A stretch of 64,000 bases of DNA from Planctomycetota bacterium (GTDB taxonomy: Bacteria; Planctomycetota; J058; J103): contig BPJM01000001.1 of the NCBI GenBank assembly GCA_026004615.1, positions 443,482-507,481 of the forward strand, written 5' to 3'. The notes beneath the pieces are model-generated. The model saw only the letters and a program-made list of their open reading frames with translations. It did not search any database and was not told the origin of the DNA. This document shows positions 26,000-35,783 of this stretch, in pieces. A program made the position numbers and the translations under genes. How positions within the stretch are numbered: the first letter of the stretch is position 1; each line of letters begins with the position of its first letter.

Positions 26000-27978
26000 C
26001 CCAGCCAGCGCACGCACCCCGCCAGCAGCGCCTGGAGGCAGCCCGCCCCGGGCGCCTGCTCCGGCGGCCCCTCCAAGAGCGGCCGCAGCGCTGCCGGCTC
26101 GGCCAGCCCCTGCGCGACCAGCCAGCTCGCCAGCCGGCGCACCGCCGCCGCGCGCGCCGCGCGCTGCGCCGCCGCCTGCGCCGGCTCGAGCAGGCCCAGC
26201 GCCCGGCGCTGCTCCAGGTCCAGGCCCTGCACCCAGGCCGCGAACGGCGGCATGTCGTGGGTGTTCAGGCTCGCCACCACCTCGCGCGCGGGCGGCGCCG
26301 GCCCCTCGGGGCCGGCCGCCGCGGGCGGGCGGGCGCGCAGCGCGAACGGCAACACGTACATGCGCGCGATCCCGTGCCGCACCAGCGCCTGCTCGACCGC
26401 CTGCGGCACCGTGCCCAGGTTCTCGCCGACCAGCAGCGTGCGGTGGCGCGCCGACTCCAGGCACACGAGCGCGAACAGCTCCTCGGCCGGATAGCGGACA
26501 TAGACCCCCTGGGAGGCCGGCATGCCGTCGGGCACCCAGAACATGCGATACAGCCCCATGACGTGATCGAGCCGCAGCATGCCCGCCACCTGCATCTGGT
26601 GCACCAGACAGGCGCGCAGATACGCATGGCCGTCCAGCCGGCTGCGCTCGGGATGCAGCGGCGCAAATCCCCAGCACTGCCCCCCGGGCCCGAGCGCATC
26701 CGGGGGTGCGCCCGCCGCAACCCCGAGCGCGAACGCACCGCGAAACCGCCACACGTCGTAGCCCAGCCCGTGCACCCCGAGCGGCAGGTCGAGGTAGAGC
26801 TGCTGGCCCTGGGCCGCGAGCCGCGCGCGCAGCTCGCTGAGCTGCTCGTGCATGAGCCACTGCGCGTACAGATGCAGCCGCTCCACCGCCGGATCGGCAT
26901 CGGCGGGCTCCAGCGCCCCGCCCTCGCGCAGCCGCGCCGGCCAGTGGGGCCAGCCCTCCGGCCGCAGCGCCATGGCCCCGCGGAAGCGCGCGTACTCCGC
27001 CAGCCGCGGCTGTGCCGCCACGTAGGCGGCGAACGCCTCGCGCCGCGCCGCCGGGCCCGTCTCCAGCCCCTGGAGCAGCGCCTGGAGCACCCGCCGCTTG
27101 AACGCATGGATGCGCGCGTGCTCGACGAACTCGCCCGCGCGCAGCGCCGCCTGCTCGCGCAGGCCCTCGGGCGAGCCGAGGAGCGCGCGGGCGGCTGCGC
27201 TCGCCTCGAGCTCCGGTACCCGCTCGAGCGCCAGATACAGCTCGTTCCAGAACAGCCGGCTGGCGGGCACGTAGGGGCTCGGCTCGCAGGGCTGCTCCAG
27301 GAAGGCGGCCAGCAGCGGCAACGTGCCGAGCACCTTGCCGCCGTGCCCGGCGAGCCATCCCGCGAGCGCCTGCAGATCGGCCACATCCCCGCAGCCGGCG
27401 CTGCGCTCCGAATGCAGCGCCCAGGCCGGCACGTACACCCCCCAGGCCCGCTCCGCGGGCGCGCTCTGGAACGCCTGCGGCGGCGCCACCAGCAGCGTCG
27501 CCTCGTGCGCGTTCCCTCCGGCCTCGATCCGCAGCCGGTGCACGCCGGGCGGGGGCGGCTCGGGCAGCCGCAGCCGCGCGCGCACGAACCGCTCCCCCTC
27601 CAGCTCGCGCATGCGCCCGTCGAGCTGCGGCCGCACCGGCAGGCGCCAGGCGCGCTCCTGGCCCTGCTCGTCGCGCACCGCCACCCGCAGCGTGCCCTGC
27701 TCCGGCCGCGCCGGCAGCCGCAGCCGCACCTGCGGCGGCGCGCCCTGCCAGAGCACGACCACCGGCTCCACCACCCGCCGCCACAGCTGCAGCCGCCGCG
27801 CGCGCAGCGCCGCGCCGGCCTCGCCCGCGCGCTCCAGCGGCGCCCCCAGGACCTGCAACACGCGCAGCAGCGCCTCCGGGCCGGCGCTGCACGCCGTGCC
27901 GTCCGTGCGCCGGTACGCGGTCTGCACCCCGTACAGGCGCGCCAGCCGATAGAGCTCTGCGCGGTCCCGCTTCGCCAC
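25807..27978 (-). CDS. malQ: 4-alpha-glucanotransferase (amylomaltase, GH77)
   Basis: ORF 25807..28185 carries characteristic GH77 blocks: AWGVYVPAWALHS, LPLLAAF, SPYVPASRLFWNELYL, LYLDLPLGVH..GYDVW, GAPPD, GQCWGFAPL, LRLDHVMGL.RMFWVP, VGENLGTVP, SLNTHDMPP. The start is uncertain. GTG at 27978 with GGAGG 10 nt upstream avoids overlap with the divergent gene at 28139. Confidence 0.85.
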   Translation of the reverse strand: MAKRDRAELYRLARLYGVQTAYRRTDGTACSAGPEALLRVLQVLGAPLERAGEAGAALRARRLQLWRRVVEPVVVLWQGAPPQVRLRLPARPEQGTLRVAVRDEQGQERAWRLPVRPQLDGRMRELEGERFVRARLRLPEPPPPGVHRLRIEAGGNAHEATLLVAPPQAFQSAPAERAWGVYVPAWALHSERSAGCGDVADLQALAGWLAGHGGKVLGTLPLLAAFLEQPCEPSPYVPASRLFWNELYLALERVPELEASAAARALLGSPEGLREQAALRAGEFVEHARIHAFKRRVLQALLQGLETGPAARREAFAAYVAAQPRLAEYARFRGAMALRPEGWPHWPARLREGGALEPADADPAVERLHLYAQWLMHEQLSELRARLAAQGQQLYLDLPLGVHGLGYDVWRFRGAFALGVAAGAPPDALGPGGQCWGFAPLHPERSRLDGHAYLRACLVHQMQVAGMLRLDHVMGLYRMFWVPDGMPASQGVYVRYPAEELFALVCLESARHRTLLVGENLGTVPQAVEQALVRHGIARMYVLPFALRARPPAAAGPEGPAPPAREVVASLNTHDMPPFAAWVQGLDLEQRRALGLLEPAQAAAQRAARAAAVRRLASWLVAQGLAEPAALRPLLEGPPEQAPGAGCLQALLAGCVRWLGASEARWVLLNLEDLWLETRPQNVPGTGAECPNWRRRAQPALEQLGALPAAAELLALLARARGG

Positions 27979-28138
27979 CGCAGGTGGACCTCCCGGGCGT
28001 TCGGCATACCACAGGGCGGCCCTGCGCAGAAGCCCCCCGCGGCGGCGTGCCGGACCGCGGCGGAGCGGTCTTGCGCGCTCGGGGGCGAGCGCCCATCGTG
28101 GTCGCGGTTGCTGGCCGTCGCGCGCGCGGAGGCGGGGC

Positions 28139-28912
28139 ATGGGCGCAGCGCCCCCGGTCTCGCTCATCGTGGTCAACCGCCGCACCCCGCTGCAGACCCG
28201 GCTCTGCCTGCGCTCGCTCCGCCGCTACACCCCGCCCGGGCTGGCGGAGGTCATCGCGGTCGACAACGCCTCGGACGACGCCTCGCTGGAGTATCTGCGC
28301 GGGCTCGTGTGGATCCGGCTCATCGAGAACCGCACCGGCCCTCCCACCCACCAGCACGCGCTCGACCTGGGGGTGGCGGCGGCGCGCGGGCGGGTGATCG
28401 GGGTGCTGCACTCGGATACCTTCGTGCGGCGGGAGGGCTGGCTCCAGGCGCTACTGCAGCACATGGACGAGGGGGTCTGGATCGTCGGCTCGCCCGAGCG
28501 GCTGATCCTGCCGGTGGGGCCCTGGTCCTGGCCGCGGCTGTGCTACAAGCGCTGGCGGCTGCGCCGGCGCTGGCGGCGGCTCGGCCGGCCGCCCAAGCTC
28601 ATCACCCACTGCGCGCTCTACCGGCGGGAGCTGTTCGAAGAGCACGGCCAGCGCTTCGATCACCCGGAGTGGCACCGCGGTATGCGCCAGGACTGCGGCG
28701 AGCCGATCCAGCGCTACTGCGAGGCGCAGGGGCTGGGGATCCGGGTGCTGGGACGCGAGCAGCTGGCGCCGCTGTTGTGGCACTTCGAGGGCGCGACCCT
28801 CAACGCGGTGAACCGGCGGCGGCTGGGGCTCAAGCGGCGGCTGCGCGCCTGGCGTTTCTACCGGCGGCCCGAGATCCGGGCGCTGCTGGCCGACCGGACG
28901 CTCGACGTCTGA
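28139..28912 (+). CDS. Family 2 glycosyltransferase-like protein, 257 aa
   Basis: ORF 28139..28912: VSLIVVNRRTPLQTRLCLRSLRRYTPPGLAEVIAVDNASDDASLEYL...VIGVLHSDTF. These are the GT2 N-terminal Rossmann blocks, with DNxSxD and a D-x-D-like HSD. Confidence 0.75.
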   Translation: MGAAPPVSLIVVNRRTPLQTRLCLRSLRRYTPPGLAEVIAVDNASDDASLEYLRGLVWIRLIENRTGPPTHQHALDLGVAAARGRVIGVLHSDTFVRREGWLQALLQHMDEGVWIVGSPERLILPVGPWSWPRLCYKRWRLRRRWRRLGRPPKLITHCALYRRELFEEHGQRFDHPEWHRGMRQDCGEPIQRYCEAQGLGIRVLGREQLAPLLWHFEGATLNAVNRRRLGLKRRLRAWRFYRRPEIRALLADRTLDV

Positions 28913-29040
28913 GCCGCAGCGCGGTCCGCTGCCCGGCGGGTCCGCCGCCGGGGCCGTCGCCTCCGTGCCTGCGGGGCGCCCGGGGCGCGCGCCGCTTCGA
29001 AGACGCCCCTTCGAAGTCGAAAAAAAGCCGCGACGAATCC

Positions 29041-29077
29041 AAAAAAAAAACGGGCGCGCCCGGATCGGCGCGCCCGT
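29041..29077 (-). terminator. Rho-independent terminator for a minus-strand transcript
   Basis: Perfect 10-11-bp GC stem (29051-29060 cgggcgcgcc pairs with 29067-29076 ggcgcgcccg, loop cggatc). It is preceded on the plus strand by A10 (29041-29050), which is followed by U10 on the minus strand. Confidence 0.65.
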
Positions 29078-29425
29078 TCCGAGGGTGTTCGGCCGACGGT
29101 GCCTGTCTGCGTCTGTCCCGCGAGCGGTGGCCTGGGGCGAGCTGCGCCTCAGCCGCGCGCCCGGCGGGGACGCCACCCCGCAGGCGCTCCCGACGGTCCG
29201 CCGACGGTCAGGAGGTCGACCCCCTCCGGCGTCTGGGACTACGTTCCAAGGATCACCTCCTTTCTGCACTCGGTTACCCCGGCCTACGCGCCCCGTCCGG
29301 CGGGCTCTCGGCCGGGCCGGGCGAACCGTCGCGCCGCGTACGCGCGACCCGCAACAGGACCGCTGCTGCCGTCCTGCTGCCGCCAGCATAGCCCCGGCCG
29401 CGTGCGGATGCAAACAGGGCCCCGC

Positions 29426-30394
29426 TCAGCGCGCGGCGGTGCGGGCGTCCGGCTCCCCGGCGGGAAGGTGCGCCCGGGGCCGCTCGCCCCGCTCGGGGCC
29501 CGCGCGCCACAGCCGGTGGTGCCACAGATACGACTCGGGATGGCGCAGGATCAGCTCGCCCGCCACGTCGCACAGCCGCTGCAGCATCGCGCGCAGGTCC
29601 TCGGCGCGATCGCCGCTCGGCGGCGGCCGCTCGACCTCGGCCGCGTGGAGCACGTGCTCGGGGCCATCGTCCAGGCGCCGGTCGACGACCACCAGCACGC
29701 GCGCCTCGGGGTGGCGCAGCCAGGCCGCCGCCACCCCCTTGTACATGGTCGCGGGCTGGCCCAGGAACTCGACCGTGATCCCGCTCTTGCGCGCATGCTG
29801 GTCGGGCAGCATGCAGACGATGGCGGCGCGGGCGAGCAGCGCGTTGATGCGCGCGATCGCGCCCGGAGACTTGGCGTCGATGATCCCGAAGCCCCAGCGC
29901 CGGCGCGCCGCGAGCAGCAGGCGGTTGTAGCGCTCGACCTCCAGCGGCTTCATGACCGCCCACAGCGGGCGCCCGGGATGGCGCCGGCTCCACCACAGGC
30001 CGATCAGGTCGACGTTGCCGGAGTGGAACACCGCGGCGATCGTGGCGCGCGGTTCCTCGGCCACCCGCCGCAAGAGCTCGGGCGTCTCGGTGCGCACGTG
30101 CCGCACCAGCCGCGCGCACGGGCGCGCGCTGGCGCGCAGCATCTCCACCGCCGACAGGCACAGGTTGCGATGGGCGCGGCGGGCGATCTGCCGCCGCTCC
30201 GCTCCGCCCGTGAGCCCACCGAGCACGCGCTCCAGGTTGTCGAGCAGCACCCGGCGCCGCACCCCGAGCGCCCAGGTGACCTCGGCCACCAGCCATCCCA
30301 GCCCGAGCGCCACCCGGTGCGGCAGCGCGCCGAAGAACACCATCAGCGCGCGCAGCCACAGCGTGCCCAGCTGCTCGCCGAGCGCTCCCTTCAT
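29426..30394 (-). CDS. Lipid A biosynthesis (LpxL/HtrB-type) lysophospholipid acyltransferase family protein
   Basis: Internal ATG (30394) of ORF 29426..30520: MKGALGEQLGTLWLRAL..ALPHRVALGLGWLVAEVTWAL..RRRVLLDNLERV...AAVFHSGNVDLIG (HxxxxD-type block)...CMLPDQHARKSGITVEFLGQPATM. This is the LpxL-family layout. Confidence 0.65.
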   Translation of the reverse strand: MKGALGEQLGTLWLRALMVFFGALPHRVALGLGWLVAEVTWALGVRRRVLLDNLERVLGGLTGGAERRQIARRAHRNLCLSAVEMLRASARPCARLVRHVRTETPELLRRVAEEPRATIAAVFHSGNVDLIGLWWSRRHPGRPLWAVMKPLEVERYNRLLLAARRRWGFGIIDAKSPGAIARINALLARAAIVCMLPDQHARKSGITVEFLGQPATMYKGVAAAWLRHPEARVLVVVDRRLDDGPEHVLHAAEVERPPPSGDRAEDLRAMLQRLCDVAGELILRHPESYLWHHRLWRAGPERGERPRAHLPAGEPDARTAAR

Positions 30395-30600
30395 CCCGCC
30401 CACCGTTCCCGCGGCGCAGCGCCCGCACGACGATACCACAGAGAGCAACGGGGCCGTGCAGCCCCAGCCCGGCGGCGCCCCCTGCCGCCACCACCGTTCG
30501 GGGCCGGGCTTGCACGCCACCGGAGGTGCGCCCTACGCTGAAACGCGGAGACAGGCGAGCCGGGCGCCGGCGAGTGCCGGGGCGACGGGGAGGGGGAGCG

Positions 30601-31083
30601 ATGGCCAGCAGCGAGGCGGGATGGCGCGAGCGCGCGGAGGCGCTCCGCCCGTACGGGATGGAGCTGATCCGCATCTATCTCGGCGTGGGGCTTTTTCTGA
30701 AGGGTCTGTTCTTCGTGAGCAACATGGACTTCCTGGTGCGCTGGATCGAGCAGGGACAGGCGGACTTCGTCTCCACGAGCGCGGTCGCGCACTACGTGGC
30801 GGCCGGACACCTGTGCGGCGGCGCGCTGCTGGCGGTGGGGCTGCTCACGCGGCTGGCCGCCCTGGTGCAGGTCCCGATCCTGGTGGGGGCGGTGTTCTTC
30901 GTGCACCTGCGCGAGGGGCTGTTCACCCAGCACCAGAACCTGGAGTTCTCCGCCCTGGTGCTGTTCCTGCTGCTGGTGCTCGCCGCCTACGGCCCGGGGC
31001 CGCTCTCGCTGGACGCGGTGCTGTTCCGCCGCTCGCCCGGCGGCGCGGAGAGCCCGGCGATCGAGCCCGGGCCGCGCCGCTAG
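30601..31083 (+). CDS. DoxX-family membrane protein
   Basis: ATG at 30601 in ORF 30526..31083. It has four hydrophobic segments: LIRIYLGVGLFLKGLFF, AHYVAAGHLCGGALLAVGLLTRLAALVQVPILVGAVFFVH, EFSALVLFLLLVLAAYGPGPLSLD. This is the typical DoxX pattern. Confidence 0.65.
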   Translation: MASSEAGWRERAEALRPYGMELIRIYLGVGLFLKGLFFVSNMDFLVRWIEQGQADFVSTSAVAHYVAAGHLCGGALLAVGLLTRLAALVQVPILVGAVFFVHLREGLFTQHQNLEFSALVLFLLLVLAAYGPGPLSLDAVLFRRSPGGAESPAIEPGPRR

Positions 31084-31156
31084 CGAGCGAGCGTCCAGGG
31101 GCTGGCACCGCCGCGGCGCCTGCCGCCGTCGCCGCCGCCCGCGCGGCGGGCGGCTG

Positions 31157-34087
31157 ATGCGTATCTCCATCCGGCACCGGAGCACCGGACCGCGCAACGG
31201 GAGGTCGATCGGGATGCGGCAGCGAGCGGAACAGGAGCGCTCCGGGCGGCGCCGGGCGGGCGGCGCCGTGCTGCTCGCCCTGGCGGTGCTCGGCGCCTGG
31301 GCGCTGTGGCGCGCGGCGGGCGGGCGCGCCCCGGCACCGCCGCCCCCGCCGGCCGCCGCGGCTGCACGCACCGCGGGCGGTGCGCACCAGGCCGGCGGTG
31401 CGGGGCCGCTCGGCGCGAGCGGCCTGCGATCGCCGAGCGCCCGCGCAGCGCGCGCCGCCCCGCCGCGCGCCGAGGGCGGCCCCGCTCCAGCGGGCGCAGC
31501 GCTTGCCGCGCCCGAGGCGAACGCGGCCGGGATCGCGGGGCTGGTCGTCGGGCCCGACGGAGCGCCGGTCGCAGGGGCGCTGCTCATGGCCCACGCGCTC
31601 GAGGCGCTGCCGCGGCGCAGCCTCCTTGCGCGCCCGGCGGCGCTGCGCCACCAGCCGCCCGCCGCCACCGCGAGCAGCGCTGCTGACGGCAGCTTCGCGC
31701 TCGGGGGCCTCGCCCCCGGTGCCTACGCGGTGACCGCGCGCGCCGCGGGCTTTCGGAGCAGCGCCGCGGTCGAGGTGGAGCTGGCGGCCGGCGGCCGGGC
31801 CTGGGTGCGGCTGGAGCTGCGGCGCGGGGCTGCCATCGCCGGGCGGGTGCTGCTGCCCGAGGGCGCCGCCGCCGCGGGCGTGCGGGTCGAGGCGGTGCCG
31901 GAGGGGGGGCGCAACCCGTTCGCGAGCGGCGCCGCCGCCGAGGGAGGCGAGACCACCAGCGCCGCCGACGGCTCCTTCCGGCTGGAGGGACTGGCGGGCC
32001 GCCGCTTCACCGTGACGGCGTGGCCCGACGACCCCGCGCTGGCACCGGCGGCGCAGGGCGGGGTGCGGCCGGGCACCGAGGACCTGGTGCTGCGGCTGGT
32101 GCGCGCCCAGGCGCTCGGCGGCCGCGTGCTCGAGGCCGGCACCGGCGCACCGGTCGCGGGCGCGCAGATCGAGGTCGAGATGGCCGGGGGCGTGCGCCTG
32201 GGCGCGGCCAGCGACGCGCAGGGCGCCTTCCGCGTCGCGGGCGTGGTGCCCGGCCGCCTGGTGGTGCGCGCGAGCGCGGCGGGCTACGCCCCGTTCGAGA
32301 GCGAGTTCGCGCAGGCCCCGCCCGAGCTGCTGATCGAGCTGCTCGCCGGCGCGGCGATCGAGGGCCAGGTCATCCGCGCGCGCGACGGCGCCCCGCTCGA
32401 GGGCGCCGTGGTGTACGTGCTGGAGGCGAGCGCCGCCGGGCGGCGGCCGCCGCCGCGCGCGCAGGGACTGGTCGAGCTGCTCGCCTCGGGCGTCGATCCG
32501 GGCGGGCTCGGCGGGCGCAGCCGCCCGGAGCTGGAGCAGGCGCTCGCGCGCACCGCCCGGACCGACGCCGAGGGGCGCTTCCGCCTGGAGGACCTGCCGG
32601 CGGGGCCCAAGCTCGTGCTCGCCGCGCACCCGGAACACCCCGCCGCCTGGAGCGAGGTGGCGCTCGAGGGTCCGGGGGAGGTGGCCGAGGTGACGATCGC
32701 GCTCGCCGACGGGGGTGCGATCGCCGGCACCGTGCTCGACGAGCAGGGCGCCCCGCGCGCGGCCGCCGAGGTCTTCGCCTTCTCGCCGGCCGGCAGGGCG
32801 CGCAGCGCCGAGACCGACGCGCGCGGCAGCTACACGATCCGCGGCCTGGCGCCGGGGGAGTACCTGGTCGCGCTCGGCCGCGCGGCGCCGGGAGCGGACC
32901 GGGAGGACGCGGCGGAGCCGGAGCGCGGCCCCGGCGGCATGCGGATCAAGACCGCCCACGTCGAGGCCGGCCGCACCGCGCGCGTGGACTTCGGCACCGA
33001 ACCGCGGGTGCGCCTGGAGGGCACCGTCAGCCGCGCCGGCCAGCCGGTGGCCGGCGAGCAGGTCAACCTGTTCCCCGCCGCCGGGGGGCTCGGCTTCGAG
33101 CAGGCGCGCACCGACCAGGCGGGCCGCTACGCGCTCCAGGTGCTGCCGGGCCGCTACGTGCTGCGGGTCGAGAACTACAGCGAGCCGCTCGAGGTCCCCC
33201 CGGCTCTCGCGCGCCTGGTGCACGACGTGGAGCTGCCGACCGGCGCGCTCAGCGGCCGGGTGGTCGCGGCCCCCGATGGCGCGCCGCTCCGGGCGCGCGT
33301 GACGCTCTACCGCCAGGAGCGGCCGGAGCGGATCGAGACCCTGGCGGCGGTGCTCGGCAGCGCGGCGGGCGATGCGCGCTCGCGCCCCGAACAGGGCGGC
33401 GCCTTCCGCATCGAGCAGGTGCCCCCCGGCCAGTACACGCTCGTCGCGCGCGCGGACGGCTACATCGAGGCGCGCCTGGACGGGGTGCGGGTGAGCGGCG
33501 GCGCGGAGACCTCGGGACTGGTCCTCGCGCTCGAGCCTGGAGGGCTGATCCGCGGCACGGTGCGGGACGCGCGGGGCAGTCCGGTCCCGCAGCCGTTGCT
33601 CTGGGTGGTGGACGTGCGCGCACCCGATCTCGCCGGGGGCGATCCGCCGCGGGGCGATGATGACGGCCGCTACGAGGTGCGCGGGCTCGCGCCCGGGACC
33701 TATCTGCTCCATGCGGTGCACGAGCAGCACGCCCCGGTGCGCCAGCGCGTGGAGTTCGGCGGCGGCGAGCTGGAGCTGGACCTGGTGATGCCAGAGGGGG
33801 GTGCGCTCGAGGTGGCCGCCTTCGATGCCGCGACCGGCGCACCGCTGCCCGGGGCGACGGTGGAGCTGTTCTATCCGGACGGGGCGCGCGTGATCACCGG
33901 GCTGGTCGACTTCGTGCAGCCCGCGAGCCCGACCGGCCCGGATGGACGCATGCGCCGCAGCCGCCTGCCGCCAGGCGCGCTGCTCGGCCTGGTGCGCCTG
34001 GCACCGCCCGGCGAGCCCGTGCGGGAACGCCGCTTCGAGGTGGTCATCGCCGAGGGGGGGCAGACCGAGCTCGCGGTCGGACTCTAG
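31157..34087 (+). CDS. Secreted/membrane-anchored protein made of ~10 carboxypeptidase-regulatory-like (CarboxypepD_reg) beta-sandwich repeats
   Basis: ORF 31157..34087. It has an N-terminal anchor GGAVLLALAVLGAWALW (alternative start at 31214) and recurrent units of the type G.V.D..G.P..GA.V......(T)DA.G.F.L.GL.PG.Y.L.A. Confidence 0.75.
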   Translation: MRISIRHRSTGPRNGRSIGMRQRAEQERSGRRRAGGAVLLALAVLGAWALWRAAGGRAPAPPPPPAAAAARTAGGAHQAGGAGPLGASGLRSPSARAARAAPPRAEGGPAPAGAALAAPEANAAGIAGLVVGPDGAPVAGALLMAHALEALPRRSLLARPAALRHQPPAATASSAADGSFALGGLAPGAYAVTARAAGFRSSAAVEVELAAGGRAWVRLELRRGAAIAGRVLLPEGAAAAGVRVEAVPEGGRNPFASGAAAEGGETTSAADGSFRLEGLAGRRFTVTAWPDDPALAPAAQGGVRPGTEDLVLRLVRAQALGGRVLEAGTGAPVAGAQIEVEMAGGVRLGAASDAQGAFRVAGVVPGRLVVRASAAGYAPFESEFAQAPPELLIELLAGAAIEGQVIRARDGAPLEGAVVYVLEASAAGRRPPPRAQGLVELLASGVDPGGLGGRSRPELEQALARTARTDAEGRFRLEDLPAGPKLVLAAHPEHPAAWSEVALEGPGEVAEVTIALADGGAIAGTVLDEQGAPRAAAEVFAFSPAGRARSAETDARGSYTIRGLAPGEYLVALGRAAPGADREDAAEPERGPGGMRIKTAHVEAGRTARVDFGTEPRVRLEGTVSRAGQPVAGEQVNLFPAAGGLGFEQARTDQAGRYALQVLPGRYVLRVENYSEPLEVPPALARLVHDVELPTGALSGRVVAAPDGAPLRARVTLYRQERPERIETLAAVLGSAAGDARSRPEQGGAFRIEQVPPGQYTLVARADGYIEARLDGVRVSGGAETSGLVLALEPGGLIRGTVRDARGSPVPQPLLWVVDVRAPDLAGGDPPRGDDDGRYEVRGLAPGTYLLHAVHEQHAPVRQRVEFGGGELELDLVMPEGGALEVAAFDAATGAPLPGATVELFYPDGARVITGLVDFVQPASPTGPDGRMRRSRLPPGALLGLVRLAPPGEPVRERRFEVVIAEGGQTELAVGL

Positions 34088-34218
34088 CCGGCGGCGCCCA
34101 GGCACGGCCGCGGCCGTCCCGGCGGCGCGCGGCCAGCGCCCGCGCCGGTGGCTGGCGCGCGCGCGGGCCACCGCGTACGATCGGGGGGCGCTTCGGCACC
34201 GCGCGGCTGAGCTCGGAC

Positions 34219-34968
34219 ATGGCACGACGCGCCGCGAACCAGACCCCACGCCTGCGCGCCTTCCGCTTCGAGCCCGGCGAGCGGCTGGCCGGCAAGTACG
34301 AGGTGCTGGCGAAGCTCGGTACCGGCTGGGAGGGCGAGGTCTACAAGGTCCGCGAACTCGGCACTGGGATCGAGCGCGCGGCCAAGCTGTTCTTCCCCCA
34401 CCGCAACCCGCGCGACCGCACGCTGCGCTTCTACGCCAAGAAGCTGCACAAGCTGCGGCACTGCCCGATCGTGATCCGCTACCACACGCGCGAGCGGGTC
34501 AGCTACCGCGGCATGCCGATCAGCGTGCTGGTCTCGGAGTTCGTGGAGGGGGAGCTGTTGAGCCGGTTCGTCGCCCGCCAGCCGGGCGGGCGGCTCGACG
34601 CCTTCATGGCGCTGCACCTGCTGCACGCGCTCGCCAGCGGCCTGGCGCAGGTCCACCAGCAGCGCGAGTACCACGGCGATCTGCACGCCGACAACGTGAT
34701 CGTGCGCCGCTATGGACTGGGGTTCGATCTCAAGCTGGTGGACCTGTTCCACTGGGGACCGCCGAGCCCGGAGAACATCCGGGAAGACGTGATCGACCTG
34801 GTGCGGCTGTTCTACGACGCGATCGGCGGCCCCCGGCGCTATGCCAGCCAGCCCGAGGAGATCAAGGCGATCTGCTGCGGGCTCAAGCGCAGCCTCATCC
34901 TCAAGAAGTTCCGCACCGCCGGGCAGCTGCGCGACTACCTGGAGACCATGGAGTGGCACCAGCCCTGA
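34219..34968 (+). CDS. Small protein kinase-fold protein (Ser/Thr kinase-like), 249 aa
   Basis: ORF 34219..34968: LGTGWEGEVYKV (Gly-rich loop), RAAKLF (VAIK-type Lys), YHGDLHADNVIV (catalytic loop), LKLVDLF (DFG-like). Confidence 0.7.
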   Translation: MARRAANQTPRLRAFRFEPGERLAGKYEVLAKLGTGWEGEVYKVRELGTGIERAAKLFFPHRNPRDRTLRFYAKKLHKLRHCPIVIRYHTRERVSYRGMPISVLVSEFVEGELLSRFVARQPGGRLDAFMALHLLHALASGLAQVHQQREYHGDLHADNVIVRRYGLGFDLKLVDLFHWGPPSPENIREDVIDLVRLFYDAIGGPRRYASQPEEIKAICCGLKRSLILKKFRTAGQLRDYLETMEWHQP

Positions 34969-35103
34969 GCCGCTCCAGCCGCTCCGATCGCGCGCCCTCC
35001 CCCGCCGGGCGGCACCCGCCTGTAGGCAAGGCGCGATCCATCGGGTAGACTCGGGGGCGTGCCGTATCGGGGCGTACGGCCGGAGCGCACAGGGGGAGCG
35101 ATC

Positions 35104-35622
35104 ATGGCGAGCGTGGAGACGTTCGTGCCCGAGGGCTTCGTCGTCGGCCGCCACCCGCGCGTCAGCCCGGCGCTGAGCCGGCTGCTCGAACGCACGGGAC
35201 CGCAGGGCGCACCGCAGCGCATCGTGGCCGTGCTGGCCGAGGGTGCCGACGAGCAGGCGCTCCAGGCGCTGCTCGACGAGCAGCCGCAGTGGGCCGCGCG
35301 CACCAAGGCGCCGGGCGTGATCGAACTGATGGCCACCGCCGAGGACGTGGCGCAGCTCGCCGCGCGCGACGACCTGTTCCGCTGGCTGGACGTCGCCACC
35401 CGGCTGTTCGGCCACAAGCTCACCGACCCGGCGGCCACGGTCGCCGTCGAGGTCGCGAGCAGCGATCCCGAGGCGGTCCGGCTCGAGCTCGCCGCACGAG
35501 GCGGAACGCTGCTGGGGATGGGAGCCGACGGCCTGCTGCGCGGCCGCATCCCGGCGAGCCAGCTGGGCACGCTGCTGGAGGTCGAGGCCATCGAGGCGAT
35601 CGAGGTCTTGGGGACCGCGTAG
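35104..35622 (+). CDS. Hypothetical protein, 172 aa
   Basis: ATG at 35104 within ORF 35059..35622. The composition is coding-like and no family was recognised. Confidence 0.45.
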   Translation: MASVETFVPEGFVVGRHPRVSPALSRLLERTGPQGAPQRIVAVLAEGADEQALQALLDEQPQWAARTKAPGVIELMATAEDVAQLAARDDLFRWLDVATRLFGHKLTDPAATVAVEVASSDPEAVRLELAARGGTLLGMGADGLLRGRIPASQLGTLLEVEAIEAIEVLGTA

Positions 35623-35783
35623 CCGAACCGCGGCGTGGCGTTTGCTGAAAGGCACGCTCGTGATGCGCCGCCCGGCACCGGATCGGGCACGCCGGGCGGG
35701 TGCGCCGCGAGCGCGGCAACGGCCGGGACGCAAGCGAGCCGCAACGTCCCGCCGGCACCGAACGTGAGACGGAGGGGGCGACG

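Noticed and set aside
29248-29265. 16S rRNA gene fragment
   Set aside because: Only the terminal 18 nt match the 16S 3' end. The preceding sequence does not resemble helix 45 or the rest of 16S. It is treated as a Shine-Dalgarno-like element on the opposite strand instead.
25604-29391. Very long ORFs 25705..29391 (+, 1228 aa) and 25604..28411 (-, 935 aa)
   Set aside because: They are Arg/Ala/Pro/Gly low-complexity translations, out of frame or antisense to malQ and the GT2 gene. Long spurious ORFs are expected at ~75% GC.
29041-29425. Known housekeeping RNAs (RNase P RNA, tmRNA, SRP RNA) in the terminator-capped spacer
   Set aside because: I compared it by eye with the conserved cores (GGAAAGUCCGG for RNase P, the tmRNA ends, GGAAGCAGCC for SRP) and none is present. 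6S RNA cannot be excluded by eye.
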